DNA of 64,000 nt from Octopus bimaculoides. Its lineage: Eukaryota. Below, piece after piece: positions 36,100-50,215 of this stretch (positions are counted from its first letter, which is position 1; each line of letters starts with the position of its first letter). Where the stretch lies: contig NC_068985.1 in assembly GCF_001194135.2 (NCBI RefSeq), positions 60,481,237-60,545,236 of the forward strand. The letters run 5' to 3'. The position numbers were made by a program, and so were the translations under genes. The notes beneath the pieces are model-generated. The model did no database searches. It was given only the letters and a program-made list of their open reading frames with translations, and was not told where the DNA came from.

Positions 36100-36530
36100 C
36101 CTCTTCCAATACCCACCCTCTCAAAGGATCTTAACTTTGTCTTATGAGTTAATTGGTGACCCACCAGTGCTGGTACCTCATAAGTGTATCCTGTCTCCAC
36201 TCTAAAGTGGCTGGCATTTGGAAGGGCATCCAGCAGTAAAACCCATGTCAAAGCAGATTTTGCTGGTGCTAGTGCCACATGGAAAGCACCCAGGCCACTC
36301 AGTAAAGTGGCTGGCATGAGGAAGGGCATCCAGCTGTAAAAACCATGCCAAAACAGACCTCACCAGTGCCATGTAGAAAGCACTCAGTTCACTCTGTAAG
36401 GTGATTGGTGTTAGGAAGAGCCTTGCCAAAACAGATGGTGAAACCTGGTGCAGTCTTCTGACTTGTCAGCTCCTGTCAAACTGTCCGATCCATGCCAGCA
36501 TGGAAAACAGACATTAAATGATAATGATGA
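36100..36530 (+). mobile_element. RTE-tailed non-autonomous element with internal tandem repeats
   Basis: Three units resembling aaagtggctggcat..ggaagggcatccagc.gtaaaa..catg.caaa, ending ccatgccagcatggaaaacagacattaaatgataatgatgatg. Confidence 0.75.
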
Positions 36531-37120
36531 TGAAGCTTATATGATGGTGGTGGGGAAGGTCAGTAAGTTACTAATGACGCCATAAAGGGATCAATGATAT
36601 AAGAGGTTTGCTGGACCCCTGTTTCAAAATTACCTGTAATATGACGGATAACACTCTAGCATATATATAGTATTCAGATCTCAGTGATATTCAATATAAC
36701 CAAGTCTCACCATTACTCAGTATTAATCATAAACTTTAATATTATTCAATACTGTTTAGATCTCAGTTTTGTTCAGTATTATTCAAAACTCAATATACGT
36801 ATTTAATATTGTTCACTGAAAAAGTTTATCATTTTCAATAAAAGAAGAAATGAATGCTAGAAATAAAAAATTTCTGTTTTGTATAATATTATCAATCACG
36901 AATGAAATCACATTTTGCGATTAGAATCTGTGTGTGTGTGTGTATGTGTGTACATACACACATACACACATATGCATACACACATGCTGGATGTTTAAGT
37001 GGGGTAAATGGAGGTATGTTTATTCGAAACTCATGATTCACTCTATTCACTCAGTACTTAAGAAATCTTGGGATGATCATACATGGCAAATAATTCTATG
37101 CATGAATCATCATCTGTAAA

Positions 37121-37168
<48 letters not shown>

Positions 37169-38378
37169 NNNNNNNNNNNNNNNNNNNNNNNNNNNNNNNN
37201 NNNNNNNNNNNNNNNNNNNNNNNNNNNNNNNNNNNNNNNNNNNNNNNNNNNNNNNNNNNNNNNNNNNNNNNNNNNNNNNNNNNNNNNNNNNNNNNNNNNN
37301 NNNNNNNNNNNNNNNNNNNNNNNNNNNNNNNNNNNNNNNNNNNNNNNNNNNNNNNNNNNNNNNNNNNNNNNNNNNNNNNNNNNNNNNNNNNNNNNNNNNN
37401 NNNNNNNNNNNNNNNNNNNNNNNNNNNNNNNNNNNNNNNNNNNNNNNNNNNNNNNNNNNNNNNNNNNNNNNNNNNNNNNNNNNNNNNNNNNNNNNNNNNN
37501 NNNNNNNNNNNNNNNNNNNNNNNNNNNNNNNNNNNNNNNNNNNNNNNNNNNNNNNNNNNNNNNNNNNNNNNNNNNNNNNNNNNNNNNNNNNNNNNNNNNN
37601 NNNNNNNNNNNNNNNNNNNNNNNNNNNNNNNNNNNNNNNNNNNNNNNNNNNNNNNNNNNNNNNNNNNNNNNNNNNNNNNNNNNNNNNNNNNNNNNNNNNN
37701 NNNNNNNNNNNNNNNNNNNNNNNNNNNNNNNNNNNNNNNNNNNNNNNNNNNNNNNNNNNNNNNNNNNNNNNNNNNNNNNNNNNNNNNNNNNNNNNNNNNN
37801 NNNNNNNNNNNNNNNNNNNNNNNNNNNNNNNNNNNNNNNNNNNNNNNNNNNNNNNNNNNNNNNNNNNNNNNNNNNNNNNNNNNNNNNNNNNNNNNNNNNN
37901 NNNNNNNNNNNNNNNNNNNNNNNNNNNNNNNNNNNNNNNNNNNNNNNNNNNNNNNNNNNNNNNNNNNNNNNNNNNNNNNNNNNNNNNNNNNNNNNNNNNN
38001 NNNNNNNNNNNNNNNNNNNNNNNNNNNNNNNNNNNNNNNNNNNNNNNNNNNNNNNNNNNNNNNNNNNNNNNNNNNNNNNNNNNNNNNNNNNNNNNNNNNN
38101 NNNNNNNNNNNNNNNNGGGAGAAAGGAGTTGGTCAGTTGTAGTGTGTGCGTGGTGTGATGCAAGGGTATTGGTGTGGTGTGATGTGAGGGTGTTGGGAGG
38201 TGGGGAAGGCATGGGTGGAGTGTGGGTTAGGCTGAGGGTGGGGTAGAGGTAGGGGTCTGTGGGTAGGGGTGGGTGGTGGGTGTAAGGGTGTGTGTGTGTA
38301 GACAGGACAACACATTTCAAATCAGTGAACTTCATTAGAAATGTGAAAACTACCTACCCTGGCATCTGTTATAACTTT

Positions 38379-38498
38379 CGTAAATTTTCAGCCTAACACC
38401 CGCACGATTACCTAACCCTAACACCCTAACCCTGACCCTAAAACCCTAATCCTAACACGGTAGTGAAGATCGTGTGGGTGTTACTCTGAAAATTTACC
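38379..38498. mobile_element. 120-bp MITE (Merlin-like) with telomere-like (CCCTAA) core
   Basis: About 30-bp TIRs at 38380-38409 and 38468-38497; 8-bp TSD ataacttt at 38371-78 and 38499-506; interior cctaaccctaacaccctaaccctgaccctaaaaccctaatcctaa. Confidence 0.85.
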
Positions 38499-38955
38499 AT
38501 AACTTTTTGTTGTTCTGTTTAATATATACATAGATTATGCCTCCAAAGAAGAGAGTTTGCTGGGGAAAGAAATCAACCTGTTTAAAAAGACAGCAACAGA
38601 CTGCAGCAATTCACCACATTCCAGAAGCTACTTTGAACATAATGCAAAATGGTGCATGAACATCTGCTGTCCAATCTGATAGAATTCTGGCAGAACTGTG
38701 TAGCAACAGATCACCAGCAATTGCTTCATCAGAAATTGCCATCCTAGCTCCTGCGAAAAGGGATTACCCTGCTATGTATAATCAAGGCAGCGCAAAATGT
38801 TGTTTTGCACAAGCATTTGTATCGCCAATTAGACAGATGAAATTTACGTACACTTAATAATGTTACGCAAAACAGCCTTCAGACTTTCCCTATTAATTTC
38901 ATCATNNNNNNNNNNNNNNNNNNNNNNNNNNNNNNNNNNNNNNNNNNNNNNNNNN

Positions 38956-38987
<32 letters not shown>

Positions 38988-39680
38988 AGTAAAAATAAAT
39001 ACAAAAAAGGGGGGGGTTGTATGATTGTGTATAGAGGAATATATTATTTTGTTTAAAAGAGTTCCAACACTGTCTGTTTTTTATGTTTTATTTATATTCC
39101 TGCAGAACCAATGTGGGGTATAGAATATGGAATATACAATATATAATATAATACACAATATATAAAATAAAATAAAATAAAATAAAAATGGATGGCACCA
39201 TGAAATAAAGTATTGAATGTAGTAGATAGATAGATAGATAGATACATACATACATATATATATATGTTGGCTGATTTCTCCAGTTACACTTTACATTGTA
39301 TAGAGAGGGGAAGAGAGAGTGTGAAGGAGAGATATAGTGACTTAACACAAGGGGTTCAGTGTGAGTTGAGAGAATCTTAGATGAGGAGGAGAGCAGGCAT
39401 AGAAGATTGTTATGGGAGAAGTCATATATAGAAGAGAAACTTGTTTTATTTTAGTTTTTTTACCATCTAATAAATATTTTTCTTTTGAAAATTAGTATTC
39501 ATTTGATCATTTTCTATAAGGACCAAGACATTTGATAAAAGTTAAATTACAATTATTGTATTTATGCCATATTTCCTGATGTTAAAAGTATATATCCAGT
39601 TACCTATCATATGATGGGTCATTTTGAAAGCATATATTTTTTGACATTTTATGCATAATCTCTCTCTCTCTTTCTCTCTC

Positions 39681-39717
<37 letters not shown>

Positions 39718-40607
39718 CAAATGTACACTAAGAGGATGTACATTTGTTTATGAGTTTGTACCTTCATATGTGTGTGTGTTGTACATCTATTTATATATGT
39801 GTACGAATGCACACGTATTTCACATTACTTCTTGATAGGAGGTGAAAGAAAACGACTCTCCTACCTTCCAATCTTTATTTCTCTGTGGTTAGTATTCATG
39901 AGATAAATGGTACCTTGAGAGCAGATCCATATCTTGAGATGCTATCTTGGCATCAAAACTGTACCAAATGATTACAGCATGTCATTGTCTTCTTTTGAAA
40001 TAAATCAAGAATTTTGTACCATTCTATTGTGTTCAAAGAAATTTCTCTCTCCTTCGAGGTTGGAATTTTACCAAAATGTCTTTGCAAGCTGATATTCAGT
40101 TGTATATAAGTCATTAGTCTTTAACCTTGAACCATAGTGGACAGGATGAAGAGATGTTGACGTTATTCAGGTTATAGTTTCTAATCCTGTTGGTCATCTA
40201 TCTACATTAAACACTTAAGCAAGTTATTCAACTCTTTCAGTCCATTACACTAACTTAAAGTAACAAATTAAAGTAACAAATACAATATGGCTTAGTGGGG
40301 CTAAACAAAGTTTTGTAGATTATATTACATTGTCATGAGTTCTTTCTTTTCAAAGACTAGTGTGATTTGAGGGGCATTTGGCTGTTATTTCTAGTAGTTG
40401 TTTGAAAATTTGTGTAGATGCTCTCCTGTAGGACCTATATGAAAGTGAGTGTGTGTGGGGCTCTGCTTTTTTAAGTTTAATGCCCTAACAGAAATATTAG
40501 TCTGTACGATTATACATTCCTCAAAGAAATGGAGAAATTATCCAAATATAGAGATAACCAGAATGTAGGGATGAAAATTAAAAATAATCCCCATATAACA
40601 GGTTTAA

Positions 40608-40823
40608 CCTTTCCATTACCAACCTGGCTGAAACCAGCTCTGGCTCTAAGTACAAATGTCTTGTTTTCATAAGTTTTGAATTAAAATCTTCCACCAAACC
40701 TTCGTCACAATTTATGTTCCTAACACTAGCTGAATGATAGGTAATTTTATAAAATTCTTTGTTATATTTAAAGTAATTGAAAGAAACATAAAGCATCTCG
40801 AAATAAATACAGTAACAAAAGGG
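40608..40823. mobile_element. TTAA-flanked (piggyBac-type) MITE, second subfamily
   Basis: TTAA at 40604-07 and 40824-27; ends cctttccattacc / agtaacaaaaggg. Confidence 0.85.
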
Positions 40824-41575
40824 TTAATAGACAAAACATGTAGAAAATGCCTAACCTTATAAACAATACACAGAAAATAACACTGCTAGATACTGTTGTC
40901 TTATGTTCTCTTTGGTCCTAGATAGAAATATTACATATAGCACTGTTAAATATAGTAGAAAATACAAAACATAACATTGCACATAGTCAAAGCTTGCAGA
41001 TGCATATAGTTCTGCATACAATACTGAATAGTAACAATAATAATGATGGTGATGATGGCAGTGGTGGTGATGCCTTTTTTTCCTTCTTTATGTCTCTGAT
41101 GTATCATTGAAGGCATTCACATTGTTTTGAGAATTATCATTATTTTTTTCTTTAAAAAACTGTTTTGCTGTAAAATAGTTTTGTTAGTTATTAATTTTCC
41201 TGTGTTAAACTCTATTGATTCATGTTTAGCTTTATTATGTTTAATTAGGTGGGTATTGAGTTTTTAATGAAATAATTGATGTAATATAGCAGAAAAATTG
41301 ATCAAAGACTGTAAGATTCCAACAGCAGTGTTCAGTTTCTGACCTAATAACAGTAGATAGTAATATATTCTCTTATAGTTATTAAATCAGACCATCAACC
41401 TACAGCAGTATTTATCATATAGCTTGGTACAGTGGTCAGTTATATATATGTATTTTACTTATTAATACCCATATGCTTTCTCCTATTATTATGTCTGGCA
41501 TCATCTTGTTAAAATTTTAACAAGAGGTCTAAGCTATTTAACTGCTGCAATTTGGCAGAGGGAGGTAGACACTCA

Positions 41576-41608
41576 CTGATGAGTCTTTAATTAGAGATGA
41601 AACCAGTC
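41576..41608 (+). ncRNA. Decayed minimal hammerhead ribozyme core
   Basis: CTGATGA-gtcttt/aatt/agagat-GAAA-ccag-TC. Stem II pairs; stem I is not complementary. Confidence 0.4.
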
Positions 41609-41779
41609 AATTCAGTTTTCATTCCAAGTTGCTATCAAGCCTGTTATTTAAAAACAATGGTTTGGTTTCTCAGTCAGGATAAATTTCTTTATTCAACATA
41701 TTTTACATCTTAGATAACTTCATTGTGTGTGTGGTGTGCGTGAGTATGCACGCATGCATGCACATGTGTGTGTAAACCT

Positions 41780-42185
41780 AAGTGCAAGCATGGCTGTATG
41801 ATTAAGAACCTCATGATTTTTTGTTTGATCATAATGTGTGACATCTTGAGCCAGTACCTTCTATTTTAGCCCTGAGCTGGCCAAAGCCTTGAAAGTGAAA
41901 TTGGTAGACAGAACTGATATTCTAAGCGAGTAGTGTGTGTGTGTAAGGGGGGTGGGGGTGCTGTTTGTACCCTTGTCTTTGACACCACTTTAACAGTAAC
42001 ATTGTTTGTGTTTCCAATGAACAAAAGGTATCACACCTGTTTGATGTCTAAGGTACAATAAAGCACATTCCTGAAAAAAAAATACGCAAGTAAAGGGTGT
42101 CCAGTAGCAGAATACTGCCTCAAATAGTCCTTCTCAACCCATCCCAGAATGTGAAAAGTGGATGCAAAAACAATGATGAGGAAGA
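41780..42185 (+). mobile_element. SINE A head plus RTE-type tail
   Basis: Head 41780-41920; tail ending gtgaaaagtggatgcaaaaacaatgatgag. Confidence 0.65.
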
Positions 42186-42706
42186 TGATGATTTTGTTGG
42201 CCAGAAAGGGAAAATGTTTCATGCAGCTGTTGTTGATGATGATGATCTTTCTCTTTGCCATCATTATCATCATCTATTTGAAGCAAAGTGCTGCACACTG
42301 AAAATGAAAAATTCATGATCGTCATTGTCATTATCATCATTACCATCATCTTCCTCATCCTCATCATCATTGTTGTTATCATTGTCATCATTGCTGTTAT
42401 CATTGTTATTGTTGACCACATCTATCATTTCATCATCCTCTTCATTTATTTATGAAATGGTCTGTCTGCATACATCCCTACAGCACACACATCAGATAGC
42501 CTCACAAAGACATAGAGATACCCTTACACACATACATATACACAAACAGAATATATACACACATGTCAATTTCATACACACTCACACATGCTCACAAAAA
42601 CACAGAACACAGATGCACACATCGCTCCATACATGTACTTGTTCACTCACACACATATGCTTGCCCATACGCAAACTTGTGCACACAAACACTTTGTGTG
42701 TGTATG

Positions 42707-42757
<51 letters not shown>

Positions 42758-43298
42758 TACACACACATACATATACACACTCACATACACTCAGTAAATT
42801 GTTCTATATTATATCTTCCAATTTTCATCTGTCAATTTTTTTCTTTTTTTTATCCTTTCCGAAAGTTGTTCAATTTCTTAACTGATACAATTCTTCTACA
42901 ATTGCACCCAATATAAAATAACTTTACTTTAGAATGATATTTGATGAGATAGTGGCTTTTTCTGAACATATATTACTTCAGACTCACATTGTCACACATG
43001 ATCACATTAACACAATTATACATACATATATATACATGCATACAATGAACCTCTTTCAGTTACCATCTACCAAATCCACTCACAAGACTTTGGTCAGCCT
43101 GAGGCTGTACTGGAAGATACTTACCCAAGGCACCATGCCTGCAGTGGACTGATATCCTGTCCAGTGGAAATGCTGATATGCCTGCCTAACCAGTGGTATG
43201 GCATAATTTGAAAGCTGTCATAATGCAAAGCATATTGTGACCAGCGTTGTTTAACATCATCTGATAGTCTGGTTGATATATATATTAATTGAAGTATA

Positions 43299-43628
43299 CA
43301 GTATTATATATCCATTATGGCTGATCTTACCAATCAGTTTCGTGCTAGGGAATCAATGGAGTGTTAGGTAACAGTGTGATTACATAACCCTGCAATCATC
43401 AGAGGCAGCCATCATGGAATGAAATACAGTGACTGCTCTCTATTGTTGGAGGTAAATAAATACATCCGGTTTGTGGTTGTTGAAAAGAGAGCAGTCATCA
43501 TATTTCATTCCATAACAGCTACCTCAGATGAGCACAGAGTTACATAATCAGACTGTTACCTAACACTCCATTGAATCCCTAGCACAAAGCTGATTGATAA
43601 GATTGGCTGTAATGGATATATAATACTG
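43299..43628. mobile_element. Foldback MITE, about 143-bp arms and about 45-bp spacer
   Basis: 43299-43441 is the imperfect reverse complement of 43486-43628. TA flanks both ends; alternatively the ends extend to TTAA at 43285-88 and 43639-42. Confidence 0.92.
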
Positions 43629-46299
43629 TACACTTTGGTTAATATACCCCACTCTACTAACAGATATATGAGTACATTTTTTTCCTGGCTTATGGACTAT
43701 TAGATGACTTACACACATACACACACATTTACACATCTATGATAGGCTTGCTGCAGTCTTCTTCTGTATGTTTGATCCCTTCACTCTTCATCTGTTTCCA
43801 AATTTTATTTCTTCACTTGTAAACAATTTGCAGCCCTTTCGTTTACATCATTGACAACACTGCTACCACCTCTGTAGTGAGCACCTCATCCACTACATCT
43901 CAGTAGGTCATCTTACAACATTACAAATGGTTATTTCCCAACACTGTAGAAGCAGCTAAAAATCTCCAGCAACAAATATTTCTTCCACTCTTTGCAAAGG
44001 AAGAGAGGGCAGGAAGGTCAGATATGAAAAACTTCTGGGACAAAAACTGGAACAAAGTGTCTTAATTTCATCAGGTAGTTGAAGTAAAAATTACAGTTTT
44101 GTGGAGTTATGATATAGATGCACATTTGCTTAACATATAGCAATAATAATTGTTTCAAATTTTGTCACAAAGCCTACAATTTTAAGGGGATGGGGTTAGT
44201 TGATACCATCAATCCCCAGTACTTAACTGGTACTTTATTTTATCAACCTAAAAGGATGAATAACAAAGTTGACCTTGGCAGGATTTGAACTCAGAACATA
44301 GAGCCAGAAGAAATGCTGCAAAGTATTTATTCTCATACTCTAATGATTTTGCCAGCTCAATAATATAATAATGATGATGATAATGATAATAATGAAAATA
44401 GGTTAGCAATAAAAGGAAATGGAAAGAATAATAGAGTTATAAAAAATCGATTAAAATAGGTTAGAGAGAGTAATTAAAAAAATAAAAGAAATATCAGCGA
44501 TGAAGGAAGTGAGATGCAGCACAAACTGAGATTCAAAGAGATGTTTCCATCCATTATTGTTGTGATTTCAGCATTTGTAAAATAGAGATAAATAGAAGTA
44601 AATTGATTATTAATAGAGTTGAAGGCAACATAATGATGTCTGGTTGATATCACAAAATGGTTCTATATTTTATGAGAAGAGGAAGATATAGAAGCTGTGA
44701 CACTCATGCTTTTTCCATAATGCATTAACAGTGACTAGAAAATTTTCAAATCATGCAAAAACAAATAAATAGATATACAAATGGTGGGAGGCCATAAGTA
44801 GAATGGAATTGTTTCTTGCGAGATTAGAAAACAATTTAGATTGGTTGAATACAGGGTTAGCATAATTCACAGAAACAGTTGCAGTAGTAGTAATAATAAT
44901 AATAGTTTCGAATTTTGGCACAAGGCCAGCAATTTCAGAGGAGGAATGAGTCAATTACATCAACCCCAGTATGCAACTGGTACTTATTTTATTGACCCTG
45001 AAAGGATAAAAGGCAAAGTTGACCTCAACAGTATCTGAACTTAGAATGTAAAGACAGACAAAATGCTGCAAAGCACTTTGCTTGCTGCTCTAATGATTCT
45101 GCAAAATAATAATAAAAATAACTAGTTGGACCCATGGAAATTCCACGGAATGGAAAAAATTAAGGGGACCTATTTAAGAAAGAAAGGATGACTTGCATTT
45201 TTATAACATTCATAGTTTAGCTTTCTTTAAGTGTTCTTGATGTTTGTTGACATTCATTTCTTCACATCTCTGTCAGTGTTGTCTTTTTCCTCTTTTTATT
45301 ATATCTTCTCAATATTCCTCTCTGGTCCATGCTCTATATCTACATATCCTTTCTTGAGCAGCTTGCAACCATGTTTTTTAGTGAATCCAGAGTTTAGGCT
45401 AAATTAACCCTTATAAACAAATATCAACTTTTGCACTTATGCATATGTGATGGTTGTTATAAAAAAATTAATTCAATAAAAAAATACTTTTTAATATCAA
45501 CACATTATCACCACCACCACTGCTACCAGCCTCTCTTTTTCTCTCTCTCAATATAACTGCCTTCCCTGTCTCTATCTACATTCTGCTAACATTTTAACCA
45601 CATGATAAGTATTCTTTCCCCACCCCACCACATGTCGTTAACACTTCTCTCTCCCTCTTTTTTCTCACCTTTTTCTCTTCTTCTTTGCCTCCACCCTCAG
45701 CTGACCACATGACTGTTTGGCCTAAGTGTATTAATATTAGTCACTACTTCTTTCTCTCTTCTTTCTTCACTCCTCCATCTCTCACTCTTATTCCATCTCT
45801 CACTCCACCTTCACCTCTCTAGCTAACTAATGTATAATGGGCAAACAAACAGGCAATTTATTATTATGATAATAATAATATAAGTGCAGGCCTGGCTGTG
45901 TGGTAAGAAGCTCATTTCCCAACCACATGGTTCTGAGTTCAGTTCCACCTTAGGTAAATGTCTTCTACTATAGCCTCGAGCCAACCAAAGCCTTGTGAGT
46001 GGAATTGGTAGATGGAAAATGAAAGAAGCCCATTGTACTCTCACTTTTCCCTCCATTCCTCACCCTCTTTTACTATCCTATATATCTCTCTCCACCCCTA
46101 CACATTCAATAATACTATAAAAAGAGACAGATCCTCTGAAGTGAAATCATATCTGAAGAACCTACAAGAATAGGTGCAAGCACTAATATTTATAAAACGT
46201 GATATATTAATAAAAATCTGTAAATGTACAACCATCCAGATATCTGAGTACCTTATTATTTTTTCTAATATATAATTCCTGTACATCACCTCCAAACCT

Positions 46300-46355
<56 letters not shown>

Positions 46356-47459
46356 CTGTCTGTCCTGCCTTCGCTTGACAACCAATTCTGGTGTGTTTAT
46401 GTCCATGTAATGTACCAGTTCGGCAAAAGAGACTAATAAAGTAAGTACTAAGCTTATAAAGAATAAATGCTGGGGTAAATTTCTTCAAGGCCCTTTAGGG
46501 CAGTGCCCCAGCATGGAAGCTGTCAAATGACTGAAACAAGTAAAAAAAAAAGAAAAGAAAAGAATAATAATAATTTCAAATTTTAAACAAGCAGTTTTGA
46601 GAGGAGGCAGTTAGTCATACCATCAACTCCAGTATTTGACTGGTATTTTATTTTATTGACCTTGGATGGATGGAAGGCAAAGTTGACCATGGTTACGTTT
46701 GAACTGTAGTAGTAGTAGTAGTAGTAATAGTAGTAATGGTTTCAAATTTTGGCACAAAGCCAGCAATTTCAGAGGAGCTAGGTAAGTTGATTACATCGAC
46801 CCAGTACTCAACTGGTACTTATTTTATTGAGTTCAAAATCATGAAAGGCAAAATCAGCCTCAGCAGAATTTGAATGCAGAATGTAAAAATGGACAAAATG
46901 CTACAAAGCATTTTGCTTGGTGTACTGACAATTCTGTGAACAATTCTGCCAACTCGCTGCCTTAATGGTAATAATAATGATAATAATGATGATGATAATA
47001 ATAATACTTTCATTATTGACTACAAGGGCCAGAAAACAAACATTTGAGACAATACAAAACAGTGGAGATTTACATAATCATGTGTAAACAATAAAACAAT
47101 AACAATGAAGAAAATTGATAACAACAAAATTCCATATTGGGTGGGTGAGGTAGCAGTCAATACTTAATCACCCTGATTAAGAAACCCAAGCAATACTTAA
47201 TCATCCTGACTATCTAGGGTCCCACAGAGAGGTGCCTCTTTTCCATCCATTCTCTCCAGCCTACATGCACAAGATGAGAGCAGGCCCATTTTCTCTCTCT
47301 AGTGTATGTACTTGCCATGAACTGGAGGCAGTTCAACTGATAGAAAATTGGGGTCTTTACTATGACACAGGGGAAACAATTTTGAACATAATTTCCATTA
47401 TGTTTGCTTTTTTACTTTATCAGGTAGGCTGATTTTGAAACTACAGTCAATTTCCTATC

Positions 47460-47551
47460 GTCGTCGTCGTCAGTAGTAGTAGTAGTACTACTACTACTAC
47501 TATACTACTACTACTACTATACTACTACTACTACTACTACTATACTACTAT

Positions 47552-47642
<91 letters not shown>

Positions 47643-47881
47643 CCTTTCTACTGAAGGCACAAAGACTCAAATTTGTGAGGAGGGGACCAATCGATTTCAT
47701 CGACCCAGTGTTTCACTGGTACTTAATTTATTGACCCTGAAAGGATGAGAAGTAAAGTTGACCTCAGCGGAATTTGAACTCAGAATGTAAAGACAGACGA
47801 AATACCACTAAGCATTTGCAGTTTACCCAGCGTGCTAACAATTCTGCTAGCTTGCTGGATAATAATAATAATAATAATAAT

Positions 47882-47933
<52 letters not shown>

Positions 47934-47935
47934 GT
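47460..47935. repeat. Compound trinucleotide microsatellites (GTC/TAG/CTA/AAT/AAC) flanking a SINE B copy
   Basis: Directly visible arrays at 47460-47640 and 47859-47933. Confidence 0.95.
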
Positions 47936-48559
47936 ATTGGGTGTGAGAGCTATCTCCTTTAGCAGATTGTGATTCCATCATGTTTTATCTTCTGCTGTAT
48001 CTGCATTGAAAAATAAAGTGGAAGGTGGTGGGGAAACAAGAACAGAATTTTAAGTGAGGAAGTTAAATAGTTTAATTTCCTTTGAGACAAAATTCTTTCG
48101 AAGATGTTTTACATTTCTTCTCTCTCTCTTTCTCTCTCTCTCTCTTGTTCTCTCTCTTTCTCTCCCTCCTATTTCTTACTCCCTCCTCTCTTTGGTGTTC
48201 GCTCCTTAAGTAAAAATAGGTCAATAGGAGAACTATTAAGACTCAAACAAACCAACTAGACAGAACTAAAAGGAAGTTTGAAAATGGGTAAGGTAGGAGG
48301 AATAAGAGGGGGAGAGTAGAGCTGTGGGTAGATCATAAAATAATTTAGAAAACAAGAAGAATTTTTGTTCTCCTTGTTTTAATGCATTCATCATCATCAT
48401 TGTCAATGTTGTAAACAATATCATCAGCAGCAGCAACACCAAAATCAGTATAAACAATCGATATGCCTATGTATCTTTGTTCATGTGTGTATGAATATAT
48501 ATGTGTGCATGTGTATATATATATTTATATATATATATATATATATNNNNNNNNNNATA

Positions 48560-49005
48560 TATACTGGTTATAAATATCAAATTCAGTACAACAAATTTAG
48601 CAATGATGAATTTTCCAATCATAACAACAGCTATGTGGATATGAATCTCAATAAACACACCACAACTTCTAAACACCATCATGGATTGGAACACCCTGGC
48701 ACACAACTTAACTCTATGAAATATATTTGTAAAAATAACTCCACCATAAAAAAGAAAAAAATTTTAACAACTATGGACAAAATAACAAGACTTTTACTAA
48801 CCAGTTTTCTACCAATACCTATATATCTAATAAGATAAGCAATTGTAATGTCACAGGCAGTCATTACAAGAAAAACATTAACATAGCTGGAAATAGTAAT
48901 ACAAAACAAAGTTTTTTCACAAAAAGAAATCTTCTCTTATTTCTTCACATACTCTTAATTCCCCACACAACGACATAACCAACTTTAATGATGTCCAATA
49001 TTTTC

Positions 49006-49048
<43 letters not shown>

Positions 49049-49960
49049 TAATAATAATGGTGGTAATAAAAAGAATGATAATATTAATAATAACAATAAT
49101 AATAAGAATAGCAATGTTAGTGATGGTATTAATATGAGAGGTAAAAAGAAACCTATACCTTTTATTTGAATGGGTGACCCGTCTAATAAAAACCACCACA
49201 CCAATAAGAAACACAATAACATAATTTGGATTATATTTCCTTTTGCTAAACATTTGAGGTCTAATTTTATAAAGTCTATTCATTCTATTATTAAATCAAA
49301 TTTTAGTAAGTCTAGGTATACTGGGATATTCAATAACAGAATGATTAGATTTGGCTTTTCTGTTTCTCCTAACTTATTTAGGATTATTTCTTTCTTTAAC
49401 AATAGAAAACTAAATCTTTACTACAAGAATTTAACCTCCTTTACTACTTATACTAACCCCAATTATTCAAATAGCTCTGTATCTTCTACCAACGATTCCC
49501 ATACTCACACAAACTCTTCCTCTATCAACACATACACATAACAATAGTATGTCTAATATTAGTAACAATTGTAACACCTGTGAGGTTAAAGGTAGTTGTA
49601 AAATTTAAAATGTTGTATATAAAGCTACTATTACAACACATGATCTTTCTAGGTTTCATTATATAGGTTGCACACATACCCCTCTTAAATTACGTTTGAA
49701 TAATCATAAATCATCTTTTAATGATCCCCAGAAAGAAAGTAGTACTAGTTTATCCAAAAAGGTATGGGTACTTAAAAGAGACAACATAAATTTCTCAATT
49801 TCTTGGAATATTGTTTCTTCTGTCCCCTCTTATAAGATTAGAAATAGAACGTGCCCTTTATGCCTTGAAGAGTCTTATATAGTTATGAAAATGAACAGTT
49901 TTATCTTGAATTCAAGAGATGAAAGAATTTCTCTTGTAAGCATGTGTCCAAATTTCTTTT
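48560..49960 (+). mobile_element. Penelope-like element relic (RT thumb, Asn-rich linker, GIY-YIG endonuclease)
   Basis: Peptides GYKYQIQY, KKHNNIIWIIFPFAKHLRSN...IFNNRMIRFGFSVSPNL, CNTCEVKGSCKI*NVVYKATIT...YIGCTHTPLKLRLNNHKSSF...TSLSKKVWVLK...ISWNIV...CPLCLEE...LNSRDE follow the PLE RNIIWFNPP / VVY-YIG / LSK.IW.LK / CxLCxxE pattern. Confidence 0.88.
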
Positions 49961-50140
49961 CATTAACCTTAAATAGTCTTATTGATTACCTCTTTCTTAT
50001 TTTCTTATTAGTTCTTATCACACTCTTAGGTTATATGTATGTATGTATTCTCTGTGTGTGCATGTACGTATGTGTGCTTGTGTGGGTATGTTTATGCACT
50101 TGTGCTCATGTTTTTATATGTATGTGTGTATATATATGTA

Positions 50141-50215
<75 letters not shown>

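Noticed and set aside
38411-38457. Telomeric repeats as a chromosome end or fusion scar
   Set aside because: Short, degenerate and enclosed by TIRs and a TSD, so part of a MITE.
38527-38900. MPPKKR... start resembling a Helitron Rep N-terminus
   Set aside because: Similarity too vague; no Rep or helicase motifs and no Helitron termini seen.
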